From Dehalococcoidia bacterium (lineage in GTDB: Bacteria; Chloroflexota; Dehalococcoidia; UBA2979): a stretch of DNA of 64,000 nucleotides. Below are positions 8,391 to 17,495 of this stretch, piece after piece. How positions within the stretch are numbered: the first letter of the stretch is position 1; every line of letters begins with the position of its first letter. The stretch spans positions 1,664,001 to 1,728,000 of the forward strand of contig CAXXDN010000002.1 in assembly GCA_963667465.2 (NCBI GenBank), read 5' to 3'. The translations under genes and the position numbers were made by a program. A model generated the notes under the pieces. That model was not told where the DNA came from. It saw only the letters and a program-made list of their open reading frames with translations, and searched no databases.

Positions 8391-11300
8391 ATGGGGATGC
8401 CCGTTCGTCGAACGCGGGTGCAGGCGCGGCGAGCGCGTCACATCCGTAAACGGCCGGGCGCCGTTGGCCTCCTCGCCGTGGTCATTGGTCTGTATCTGAC
8501 TCTGGGACCTGCGCCACACGCCCCCGCCGTCGCCCACGCCGAGTTCGATGGGGCCGCTGGAGCGCGAGGCAGCGAGCTGTGGTCCGCAAGCATGCGGGCG
8601 GGCGTCGACCGCGTCCTCGGGGGCTACAGCACCCTGCCGGAGCGCAGCTTCGGCCGCCTCACGAACGATACGTTCTCGTACCGAGGCGTCACCTACACCG
8701 TCACGAACATCGCCCAGAACCGCTCACGCGATGAGGCCGGTGCCTGGCGCGTGTTGATCGCGTTCGCGCCGGCGCTCGGCGACGGGGCCGAGCGCCTGAC
8801 GCTGCGCCTCGGGGACGTGTGGCTGAATCTCGCGGACGCGCGCGGCGGCGGCCGGCAAATCTTCAGCTGGACCGGGGCGGAACCCGGCTGGCGCAGCGGC
8901 GCTACCGTTTCCGTCTCCCTGCGCGAGTTCCCCCCGGCGTTCGAGCCGCGGTCGATCGACGGCTGGGGCAACAACCGCGGCGACCCGGAGCTCGGCACGG
9001 CGCACGCGCGGCTCCTCCGGGTGGCCGACGTCTCCGTGGCGTACGGCCTGACTGGCGTTCCGCCATCCGGCCTGCCGGAGCCACGCGCCATCAGCAATAT
9101 CCTCGCGGCCCAGGCCGGACCCGTCCCAAGCGCCGCGGGGCTCACGAACATGGTGTGGCAGTGGGGCCAGTTCCTGGACCACGACCTCAGCCTCACCCCG
9201 GAGGCGAGCCCGCCCGAGCCGCTGCCGATCGCCATCCCCCGGGAGGATCCGTTGTTCGATCGCCTCGGCGGCGTCCTCACGATGCCGTTCAATCGCTCCG
9301 CGTTCGACCCGGCCACGGGCACGGGGCCGGACAACCCGAGGGCGCAGATCAACGCGGTAACGGCGTTCATCGACGCCTCCAACGTCTACGGCTCCGACCA
9401 GGCGCGCACGCGCGCCCTCCGCACGAACGACGGCACCGGCAGGCTCCGGGCCTCCAGCGCCGGCCGGCTGCTGCCCTACAACGAGGACCGGCTCCCGAAC
9501 GACCCCGGCAATACCCGCCGGACCACGTCGCTCTACCTCGCCGGGGACATCCGGGTGAACGAGCAGGTCGGCTTGACCGCGCTGCACACCGTGTTCCTGA
9601 GGGAGCACAACCGGCTCGCCGGGATGATCGCATCCGCGAACCCCGAGCTGGGCGGCCAGCAGATCTTCGAGCTGGCCCGCAAGATCGTCGGCGCGCTCAT
9701 CCAGGCCATCACTTACAACGAGTTCCTGCCGCTGCTGCTCGGCCCGGACGCCCTCGCTCCCTACGGCGGCTACGATCCGGGCGTCGACCCGGGCATCGCA
9801 ACCGAGTTCTCGACGGCGGCGTTCCGCTTCGGCCACACGATGCTGTCGCCCACCCTCCTGCACATCGACGGGGCGGGGCACAGGCGCGACTTCTCGCTGG
9901 CGGAGGTCTTCTTCAACCCGGCGCTGGTCGAGGAGCACGGCGTCTCCGGCTTCCTCCGGGGCCTCGCCGCCGCGCCCGCGCAGGAGATCGACCTGCTGCT
10001 CGTCGACGAGGTGCGCAGCATGCTCTTCGGCGCGCCGGGAGGCCCGCTGCGCGACCTCGCGGCGCTGAACATCCAGCGCAACCGCGACCACGGACTCCCG
10101 GACTACAACTCGGCCCGCAGCGCCTACGGCCTGCCGCCGGCCCAGACCCTTGCCGATGTCTCATCCGCCCCCGGGGTGCAGGACGCGCTGCAGCGGGCCT
10201 ACCGCTCGATCGACGGGCTCGATCTCTGGGCGGGCGGGCTGGCCGAGGACCACGTGCCGGGCGCGATGCTGGGCGAAACCTTCCGCACGATCCTCGTCGA
10301 CCAGTTTCGCCGCCTGCGCGACGGGGACCGCTACTGGTACGAGCGCGACCCCTACTTCCTCGCCAACCCCGGCCTGCTCGCCGAGTTGCAAACCACGACC
10401 CTCGCCGCGCTGATCCGCCGCAACACGCCGATCGAGGACGAGCTTCCCGACCGCGTCTTCGGCGGCCCGCCCCCCGCGGTCGCGGCCGGGGACGAGGCGA
10501 GCGCCGGCGGGGCCGCGCAGCCGGCCACGCAGGAGCTCCCCGGGCCGCAGATCGTCGCATTGTTCGGCTACCCCGGCGCGCCGGAACTGGGCGTGCTCGG
10601 CACGGCGACGCCGGCCGCGATCGCCGCCCAGGCGTCCGCGTGGGCCAGGGTCCACGACGAGCACAACGGCGAGCGTGGCGTCGTCCCCGCCTACCACCTC
10701 GTCGCCGGCGTCGCACAGGCCGAGCCCACGCCCGACGGAACCTGGCTGGGCCGGCTCGCCGACGACGAAATCGCGCGCTACGTCGAGGCCGCCCGCGAGC
10801 ACGGACTGCTGCTCTTCCTCGACGTCCAGATCGGCTGGAGCGATCCGCTCGCCGAGGCGCGGCTGCTCGAACCCTTCCTGCGCGAGCCCTTCGTGCACCT
10901 CGCCCTCGACCCCGAGTTCGCGACGCGGCGCCTCGGGGTGCGCCCCGGGCTCGCCGCCGGCTCGATCACGGCGGAGCAGGTGAACGCGGTCCAGCGCTAC
11001 CTCGCCGCGCTCGTGCGCGACGGCGGCCTGCCCCCAAAGATCCTGATCGTGCACCAGTCCGGGGAAGGTATGATCGAGCGCCGCAGCGAGATCGACGATC
11101 TCGCCAACGTCGTGCTCTCGATCAGCATGGACGGCCCTGGCGCCGTCGAGGACAAGCTCGCGGGCTACGAGCGCTTCGCGCTCCCCGAGCCCTCCGAGCG
11201 TCCGGCCCTCAAGCTCCTCTTCGAAAGCGACACGCCGGTCATGGGCCCGCCGGACGTGCAGCGCCTCGACCGCCCGCCCGGCATCATCATCTACCAGTAG
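8391..11300 (+). CDS. Secreted animal-type heme peroxidase (peroxidase-cyclooxygenase family) fused to a C-terminal TIM-barrel-like domain
   Basis: RSIDGWGNN, WGQFLDHD (distal His), DASNVYG, GDIRVNE (Arg/Glu), FRFGHT (proximal His), NIQRNRDHG, LRDGDRYWYE; start uncertain. Confidence 0.9.
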   Translation: MGMPVRRTRVQARRARHIRKRPGAVGLLAVVIGLYLTLGPAPHAPAVAHAEFDGAAGARGSELWSASMRAGVDRVLGGYSTLPERSFGRLTNDTFSYRGVTYTVTNIAQNRSRDEAGAWRVLIAFAPALGDGAERLTLRLGDVWLNLADARGGGRQIFSWTGAEPGWRSGATVSVSLREFPPAFEPRSIDGWGNNRGDPELGTAHARLLRVADVSVAYGLTGVPPSGLPEPRAISNILAAQAGPVPSAAGLTNMVWQWGQFLDHDLSLTPEASPPEPLPIAIPREDPLFDRLGGVLTMPFNRSAFDPATGTGPDNPRAQINAVTAFIDASNVYGSDQARTRALRTNDGTGRLRASSAGRLLPYNEDRLPNDPGNTRRTTSLYLAGDIRVNEQVGLTALHTVFLREHNRLAGMIASANPELGGQQIFELARKIVGALIQAITYNEFLPLLLGPDALAPYGGYDPGVDPGIATEFSTAAFRFGHTMLSPTLLHIDGAGHRRDFSLAEVFFNPALVEEHGVSGFLRGLAAAPAQEIDLLLVDEVRSMLFGAPGGPLRDLAALNIQRNRDHGLPDYNSARSAYGLPPAQTLADVSSAPGVQDALQRAYRSIDGLDLWAGGLAEDHVPGAMLGETFRTILVDQFRRLRDGDRYWYERDPYFLANPGLLAELQTTTLAALIRRNTPIEDELPDRVFGGPPPAVAAGDEASAGGAAQPATQELPGPQIVALFGYPGAPELGVLGTATPAAIAAQASAWARVHDEHNGERGVVPAYHLVAGVAQAEPTPDGTWLGRLADDEIARYVEAAREHGLLLFLDVQIGWSDPLAEARLLEPFLREPFVHLALDPEFATRRLGVRPGLAAGSITAEQVNAVQRYLAALVRDGGLPPKILIVHQSGEGMIERRSEIDDLANVVLSISMDGPGAVEDKLAGYERFALPEPSERPALKLLFESDTPVMGPPDVQRLDRPPGIIIYQ

Positions 11301-11394
11301 CGCCCGTGGCGAGCGCTCGCCCATATGCAGCTGCCACCTCCTGGCCGCTGGCTGGGGACTCATGGAATCGTTGACCCATCGACACTGTTCTGGC

Positions 11395-12663
11395 TCACTT
11401 TCCGGGCGCTGTTGACGCCGCGAGCTTCTTCACAACCATTTCCGCAATCTCTTCTATCGTGAGTTCATGAGCTGACACGTATCCAAGAGTGGGTGCCAAA
11501 CCGGAGAGATCAGCCTGCTCAACAACGATCGGCAGGATGTACTCGTCGCGCTGCTCGACCGAGCGGGCGATGGCGCTCCTGCGCTCGTGCGTCGTCCACA
11601 TCCGGTCGCGGTACGCCTCAGAGACAAACATGACGCAGTACCGCGCGCGCCTCCGGTAGATGTCATCGAAGAACTCAGCGAGGTTCTTTCCCCAAAGTTG
11701 AGCACCGAAGAACGCGTCGTAGAAGACATTCACGCCACGGTCACGGAGGCAGAGGGCCAACTCTTCAGCACGTTCGCGCTCGGTCCCCGCGAAAGAGATG
11801 GCTACCTCGTAGTGCTCGGCGTCTTCCTTCGTGCCACTGTGCCTGCGACCGGCGGGAGCTTTGGGGATCCGCACTGGCCCACTATTGCTCGTGCTTGCCT
11901 GTAGGAAACCAAGCCCGAACGGGCGAAGCAGCTTCTCAGCTCGCAGCAAGTCTTCGATGCCGCTCGCAAAATGCTCTGGGTGCGCGTCGAACCATCCATG
12001 GACCTTGTTGTTGTTCCCCAAGAACGCGTCACCCCGCGTATCACGCCGCACGTGCCTCCACCTGCAGGGCTCGAAGTTGAAGTCGATGCACTGCTCTGAG
12101 GTACACAAACCCAGGAACTCGAGGACAGATTGCATCTCAGGCGATGGTGGTTGCTCCTTTGCCCGATAGTGGGTCGTCCATCCCTCACTGCTGCCTTGCT
12201 CCAACCAAGAGAAGACGAACTCGAAGTGCCCGTCACCCGACTCCTTCATGCGTTCTTGGTTCGTGCCTTTATGACCATCGCCGCCACGTGTCCAAGCCTT
12301 TGCTGGGAAATCCCGACTCTCAAGATAGAAACCGCACCGCTCGAGATGGCGACTGGCATCGCGCAGCGCGTCGAAAGCCAGGCCGAATGCATCCGCGAAT
12401 GCCTCAGCGTCTAAGCTCGCTTCTACAGCAAGGCAGTAGGCTTCGTCGCCCGAAGCGAACGGGCAATCCTTCAGTCGGAAGCCGAGTTGCTCCAAGAAGT
12501 CCTGCTGGCGGACTCCGCTCAGGAAGTACGAAGTGACCGACGAGTGAAGCCCGTAGTCTATCTGATCCCGGCCGTGCGTCACCTTCGCGAGCGTGAACTG
12601 AACCCCGCCGCCCGTGTGGGGCGTGAGAACCTCAGTCTGGAGGCCGGAGTGTATGTCGGGCAT
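11395..12663 (-). CDS. TIR-domain protein (C-terminal TIR) with uncharacterised duplicated N-terminal domain; likely antiphage
   Basis: YEVAISFAGTER..VFYDAF..LWGKNL..WTTHE; GGGAG RBS before ATG at 12663. Confidence 0.85.
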   Translation of the reverse strand: MPDIHSGLQTEVLTPHTGGGVQFTLAKVTHGRDQIDYGLHSSVTSYFLSGVRQQDFLEQLGFRLKDCPFASGDEAYCLAVEASLDAEAFADAFGLAFDALRDASRHLERCGFYLESRDFPAKAWTRGGDGHKGTNQERMKESGDGHFEFVFSWLEQGSSEGWTTHYRAKEQPPSPEMQSVLEFLGLCTSEQCIDFNFEPCRWRHVRRDTRGDAFLGNNNKVHGWFDAHPEHFASGIEDLLRAEKLLRPFGLGFLQASTSNSGPVRIPKAPAGRRHSGTKEDAEHYEVAISFAGTERERAEELALCLRDRGVNVFYDAFFGAQLWGKNLAEFFDDIYRRRARYCVMFVSEAYRDRMWTTHERRSAIARSVEQRDEYILPIVVEQADLSGLAPTLGYVSAHELTIEEIAEMVVKKLAASTAPGK

Positions 12664-12829
12664 CTGCAACTCCCTGGCGGGGAGACGTTCCGAGGATACG
12701 GCAAGAGCGCGTTCGATCCGCAATCGTGCGGATGCGCCTGCTCACGGACGGAAGGCAGGCAGTTGGGTCCCGAGCACCTCGACGGCCCCTCGCCGATCCG
12801 ATCCCCCGCCGGTGGCCCCGGCACAGGCT

Positions 12830-13856
12830 CTAAGCGGGTCTGGAAGCGCAGGCGGTCGCCCTCGCGGTGGACGTACCAGAGCGACTCCTCCAGCGTCCTC
12901 AGCACTTCCGTGACGTACTCGGGACCGAGGTTCGGCGCGGCCGATCCGAGGTGGAGTTCCTGAGTGGTTGCGCCGCTCTGAGTAAGCCCGCCGAACGAGT
13001 GCGCGAGCAAGGTCGTGGCTACTCCGCGTGCGACGCCGAGCCTGGCGTAGTCGCCGCCTCGGCGTTCATCGTCCCGGTTCGCGTGGCCATCGCCGCCAAT
13101 GATGTCGGCGGCCACGACGCCGTCGAAACCGCCGCCGGCGCCGGCTGCGCTTACAATCCGTGTACGGATGCGCTCACGCTCAAGATCGATGTGTGCCGAC
13201 TGCTCAAGCCCGGGCAGGATGTGGTCCTGAATGGCCAAATCGACGGACGCGACCACCTGGTCGTTCTCGACCCAGACGTTCTGTCCGAAGCCGCTGGAGA
13301 CCGACTCGCCGGCAACCAGCGTGAACCGCTCGCGGAATCGCTCCCACATCTCCCGCCGCCACTGGTCCGTCAGGGCCTTCGGGCAGAGCACCAGGACACG
13401 TGAAACATCGCCGCGCTGCATCAGCTCCCGGAGGAGGAGGCCCGCCATGATCGTCTTACCGGCGCCGGGGTCGTCCGCGAGCAGGAAGCGGATGCGCGGC
13501 AGCGGCAGCATGTGCTTGTAGACCGCGTCGAGCTGGTGGGGCAGCGGGTCGACCTGCGAGACGGACACCGCGAACTGTGGGTCGAAGGCGTGAGCCAGGT
13601 GCGTGCGAAGCGCCTCGACCGCGAGCCGGAAGAGTACGGGCTCCGCGTCGAAGGTGTGGCGCCCTCCAGTGACTGTGGTGACCTCGCGCTCGAACTGCTC
13701 GCGCGAGATCGTCCGGTCGTAGTGCTGGGCCGACTCGGTACCGACGGCCTCGATGCGTACCGAGGTGTCGAGGTCCCGCACGTTGAGGACGCGCAGCGGC
13801 TCGGGCCAGAACGGCCCTTCGATGATCGTGCCCATCGAAAGCTGCGTGTTCAGCAT
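12830..13856 (-). pseudogene. Chimeric remnant: SNF2-type helicase N-terminus fused to an internal DUF499 ATPase-like fragment
   Basis: PLPHQL and LLADDPGAGKT, but no DEAH box; switches at ~13195 to GVATTLLAHSF..LEESLWYV. Confidence 0.7.
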
Positions 13857-13897
13857 CAGGGGCGATTGTAGGACGCGTGGGCTGACAGCGCGCTCGC

Positions 13898-14295
13898 CTA
13901 GGGCCTGTTCACGTTAGCTGGAGGGCGTCGTAGACGAGGGCGAGGTGGATGAAGGCGAGGAAGACACAGTCCAGCTTGTCGTAGCGGGTGGCGATACGCC
14001 GGAAGCGCTTGAGTCGACGGAAGAAGCGTTCGACCTCGTTGCGGCGACGGTAGAGGACGCGGTTGTACTGCCAGGGCTGGGCCCGGGTGCGCATCGGCGG
14101 CACCTCCGGGCAGTAGCCCAGTTCCTCGGCAAGGGCCCGTGTCTTGTCGCCCTCGTAGGCACGATCCATCAGCAATGCCGGGCTCCCTGACTGTGGACCA
14201 CGCCGACGCAATAACTCCCGTCCCCAGGGGGCGTCGTGGGCTTGTCCGGGCGAGAGCACCAGCCTCAGGACCGTGCGGTCGTCGGCCACGACTGT
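13898..14295 (-). mobile_element. IS5-family transposase C-terminal remnant with right end
   Basis: PGQAHD, MDRAY, YRRRNEVERFFRRLK.FRRIATRYDK; ctag-GGGCCTGTTCAC end. Confidence 0.85.
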
Positions 14296-14404
14296 GGGGT
14301 GGCCGTTTGGGCCAATACCTACCCCATTGCCTCCACTTACGTTCGGACGGCTGTAGTTCCTAGGTGACCGTCCGCGGGCCGGTACTCCTCGAAGACCTCG
14401 CGGC

Positions 14405-15703
14405 CTACTCGCAGACCTCCACGACCGCCTTCTCGAGGATCGTCACCGCCTCGTCGATCTGGTCCTCGGTCGTGCTCGCCGGCGGCACGAAGCGCAAGAC
14501 CGAACCCTCCCGTCGCAGGCTGAAGATCAGCCCGTCCTCCAGGCAGCGTTGGGCAATGGCGCGCCCTTCCGAGGTCGCCGGCTCCTTCGTCCCGCGACTA
14601 CGGACAAGCTCCACCCCCAGCAGCAGTCCCCGACCGCGCACGTCGCCGATCACCTCGAAGCGCTCCGCCAGCGCCCGCAGCTTCGACTTCAGGCGACCGC
14701 CAAGCCGCCTCGCGGTGCCTGCCAGCCCCTCCCCTTCGAGTACGTCCAGCGTTGCCCGCCCGGCTGCGCAGGCGAGCGGGTCGTTCGAGTGCGAATGCGT
14801 AACGATGAATTCGTCGGCGACGACGCGCTCCTCGATCTCCGCCGATGTGCTCACCGACGAAAGGCAGACGCCGCCGCCGAAGTGCTTTGCCAGTGTGAGG
14901 ATGTCCGGTACGACCCCTTCCTGCTCGAACGCGAAGGTGTCGCCCGTCTTGCCCAGTCCTGTCTGTTCTTCGTCGAGGATCAGCAGCATGTCGCGCTCGC
15001 GGCAGCGCGCTTTGAGCTCGGGCAGCCAGCCCTCTGGCGGTTCGATGACCCCGCCGGCGGAGAAGATCGGCTCGGTCAGCACAGCCGCAGGCCGCGACGT
15101 TGTCTGCGCGTCGATCAGCTCGAACGAAGCGTCCAGGCAGGCGAGACCGCATGAATCGGGCTCGAGAGCGATCGGACAGCGGTAGCAGTACGGCGCGAGC
15201 ATCGCCATCAGGCCCGGCTGCGGAGGGCCGTATCCCCGGTGCCATCCGGCGAACGTGAGCCCCCTCGTTGTGTCCGACATCCCGTGGAAGGACACATGCG
15301 GACTGGCCACTTCGAACCCGCCCGTGTACTTCCGTGCGATCGCGATTGCCGCCTCGTTGGCGTCCGCACCCGACTGCAGGAACAGGCTCTTGCGAAGGGG
15401 ACTCGGGAGGAGCCCTGCCAGCCGTTCGGCCAGCCGGATCTCCTGGTCGTTGTAGTAGCTGCTGTGCGCGTGGATCAGCCGCGCGCAGGCCTCGGCCACG
15501 GCTTCGACGATCGCCGGGTGGTTGTGCCCCAGCCAGGCGCACATCTGCCCGGAGTTGAAATCCAGGTAGCGCTTGCCGTTGACATCCTCGACCTCGGAGC
15601 CCGACCCGCGTACGAAGATCGGCCCCGAATCCGATGCGTCCATCCGCCCGCCGAAGCTGAACCGTCGTGCCGCCTCAAGGAGGTCCTGCCCGGAATCACT
15701 CAT
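14405..15703 (-). CDS. Class III PLP aminotransferase, 2,2-dialkylglycine decarboxylase-like
   Basis: LDFNSGQMC..LGHNHP, LLILDEEQTGLGKTG, PDILTLAK, DVRGRGLL. Confidence 0.85.
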   Translation of the reverse strand: MSDSGQDLLEAARRFSFGGRMDASDSGPIFVRGSGSEVEDVNGKRYLDFNSGQMCAWLGHNHPAIVEAVAEACARLIHAHSSYYNDQEIRLAERLAGLLPSPLRKSLFLQSGADANEAAIAIARKYTGGFEVASPHVSFHGMSDTTRGLTFAGWHRGYGPPQPGLMAMLAPYCYRCPIALEPDSCGLACLDASFELIDAQTTSRPAAVLTEPIFSAGGVIEPPEGWLPELKARCRERDMLLILDEEQTGLGKTGDTFAFEQEGVVPDILTLAKHFGGGVCLSSVSTSAEIEERVVADEFIVTHSHSNDPLACAAGRATLDVLEGEGLAGTARRLGGRLKSKLRALAERFEVIGDVRGRGLLLGVELVRSRGTKEPATSEGRAIAQRCLEDGLIFSLRREGSVLRFVPPASTTEDQIDEAVTILEKAVVEVCE

Positions 15704-15891
15704 CACCGCCCCCTGTCGCCGTTTGGCTGGGGGCCAGCGTACCGCACCTACGCGGACCCACCGACGAGCGCATGGCTCAAGCTGTGGGCCACGATGCTGC
15801 GGGACTTCTCCGCTGAGCTCGACGGTGAGGGACCGCATGCTCCCCCCGCAGCCGACGCCCAGGAGTAGAATGGAGCGGAAGGATACAGAAC

Positions 15892-15933
15892 ATGAGAGCG
15901 ATCATTTACCTCCGGGTCTCGACCGACATGCAC
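15892..15933 (+). pseudogene. 5' stub of a serine recombinase (MRAIIYLRVSTD)
   Basis: 30/36 nt match to the LSR start at 49692; AAGGA RBS upstream. Confidence 0.7.
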
Positions 15934-16299
15934 GACCACCCAGATCATGTCCTCGTAGAAGATCTCCCGGCTGAGCAGTTCCAGATCGCCGAGCGGAGAG
16001 TGCTGGAACTCGATCACCAGATCGCTCGGCGTCTTTAGGTCGGCAATGTGCTTCTCACCTGTCCGGTCGTCGATTTGCACGATCTCCCGCCAAGCCTCGG
16101 GGAACCGGCCCTTCCACTCCCGGTGCCATTTCGTCTCGCCGCCCCACCAGGGCTCGCAACTGGTCCGGGGCCAGTGCGCCCAATGCCACATCTTGATGCG
16201 CCCGCACTTCGCGATCATTGCGGCACCGCAGCACTGGCAGACGCCTCGCCTTCCCGTGGTTGGCTTCCGTCTCTCTCCGTCCACCAAGGCGAACTCCAT
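15934..16299 (-). pseudogene. Truncated CoiA-like nuclease
   Basis: CQCC..KCG..WHWAH, GETKWHREWK, HIAD..VIEFQHS, MIWVV, then truncated. Confidence 0.75.
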
Positions 16300-16535
16300 A
16301 GTTCCTCCGCGGGTGTCGGGGGCGTACCTAAGGCCTCACTAACCTGTCGTGGGTGGTGATCCGCTGGGCCAACGCCGCGAGGACCGCAGGATAGTCGCCA
16401 TTTCCGGTCGAGGACAGTCACAGCGCCACGGGGCTCGGGTCGACCTCAGGCTCATCGATCTTGAGGCCTGTAGGGCAGGCCGGGCGTCTGCTAGGTCGGG
16501 CGGATCTGCCATTCCGTCGGCGAAGCGGGCGAGAC

Positions 16536-16877
16536 CTACACGGCCTCGGGCTGTAGGGCCGAAACCTCGATCTCGACCAACTCGAACCGCGTCGAGAGCG
16601 TCGGCGGGGCGTCGCCGTATGTGGCCAGCAACTCCTCATCTGCATCGGAGAGGGCCTGGCTGTGGTACGCGATGGCGTCATCGATGGACATGTTGGGCTC
16701 CGGTACTGGGTCGCCGTCCTCGATCAGGGCCTCGATATGGAAGGCAAGCGCCTCGCGGATCATCGCGAGCATCTCATCCGGGGTGTCAGCCGTGCTGATG
16801 CAGCCCGGCACGTCCGGCGCGTAGGCGCCGTAGTTATTTGGGGTCTGCTCAATGACCACGGCGTAGGTCAGCTTCAT
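16536..16877 (-). CDS. hicB: HicB family antitoxin
   Basis: YAVVIE..YGAYAPDVPGCIS..EALAFHIE; directly downstream of hicA. Confidence 0.85.
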   Translation of the reverse strand: MKLTYAVVIEQTPNNYGAYAPDVPGCISTADTPDEMLAMIREALAFHIEALIEDGDPVPEPNMSIDDAIAYHSQALSDADEELLATYGDAPPTLSTRFELVEIEVSALQPEAV

Positions 16878-17071
16878 CGTGCTCTCCTGAGGCCTGCCTG
16901 TCTCTGGATGTTGAGCCATGTACCCCTCGGAATCTCATCCCCCATCTTGCCCGGAATGGTGACCTTGCCGAGCTTCTCGGGGTGGCGGAAGTGACGGTGG
17001 CTGCCCCGTGTCCCCACATGGTACCAGCCGTCGCGCTCCACTATCCGGATCGCTTCGCGCACCTTCGGCAT
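16874..17071 (-). CDS. hicA: HicA family mRNase toxin
   Basis: DGW..RGSHRHFRHP..VTIP. Confidence 0.9.
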   Translation of the reverse strand: MPKVREAIRIVERDGWYHVGTRGSHRHFRHPEKLGKVTIPGKMGDEIPRGTWLNIQRQAGLRRAR

Positions 17072-17119
17072 GGCTCAGGCAACTCGCTTCATGCAGCTCG
17101 ATGCTTCCCAGCCATGGCG

Positions 17120-17388
17120 TCAGCTTCTCGCGACATCCGAGAGCAGGCCCGTGATCTCCCGCTCCAGCACCTCGAGATCCTTCTCGATCTCCTCGAGCGT
17201 GCGTGGGGGCTCGTACACGTAGAAGTGGCGGTTGAGCGGGATCTCGTCCCGGCGAGCACGCAGTCGAAGCGCCGCACGGTGAGGGGGAGGATGACCTTGC
17301 GGTACTCGTTGCGCTTGTAGGGTCCGCGCAGCAGGTTGCAGATGCTCCAGATGAAGCTCGCCAGCTCGCCGTGCGTCCGCGTGTTCAT
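17120..17388 (-). pseudogene. hsdM: Type I R-M methyltransferase (HsdM) with almost the whole interior deleted
   Basis: N-term FIWSICNLLRGPYKRNEYRKVILPLTV.RRFDCVL joined out of frame to C-term EIPLNRHFYVYEPPRTLEEIEKDL. Confidence 0.8.
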
Positions 17389-17495
17389 ACGTCCCTCGCC
17401 CCGTGTCCCCAACGACCCAGGCAGTCCCAGGCGCGAGCGATCATTTCGGTGTGCTCACGATTCCAACCCGGTGAGACTCCAAACCGCTCTACTCC

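Noticed and set aside
3275-11374. Long antisense and alternate-frame ORFs (e.g. 3275-5245, 6068-7987, 8819-11374)
   Set aside because: Arg/Gly/Pro-rich shadows of high-GC coding regions
14340-14364. Left end of the IS5 element at a CTAG
   Set aside because: No inverted match to GGGCCTGTTCAC; the 5' half appears deleted
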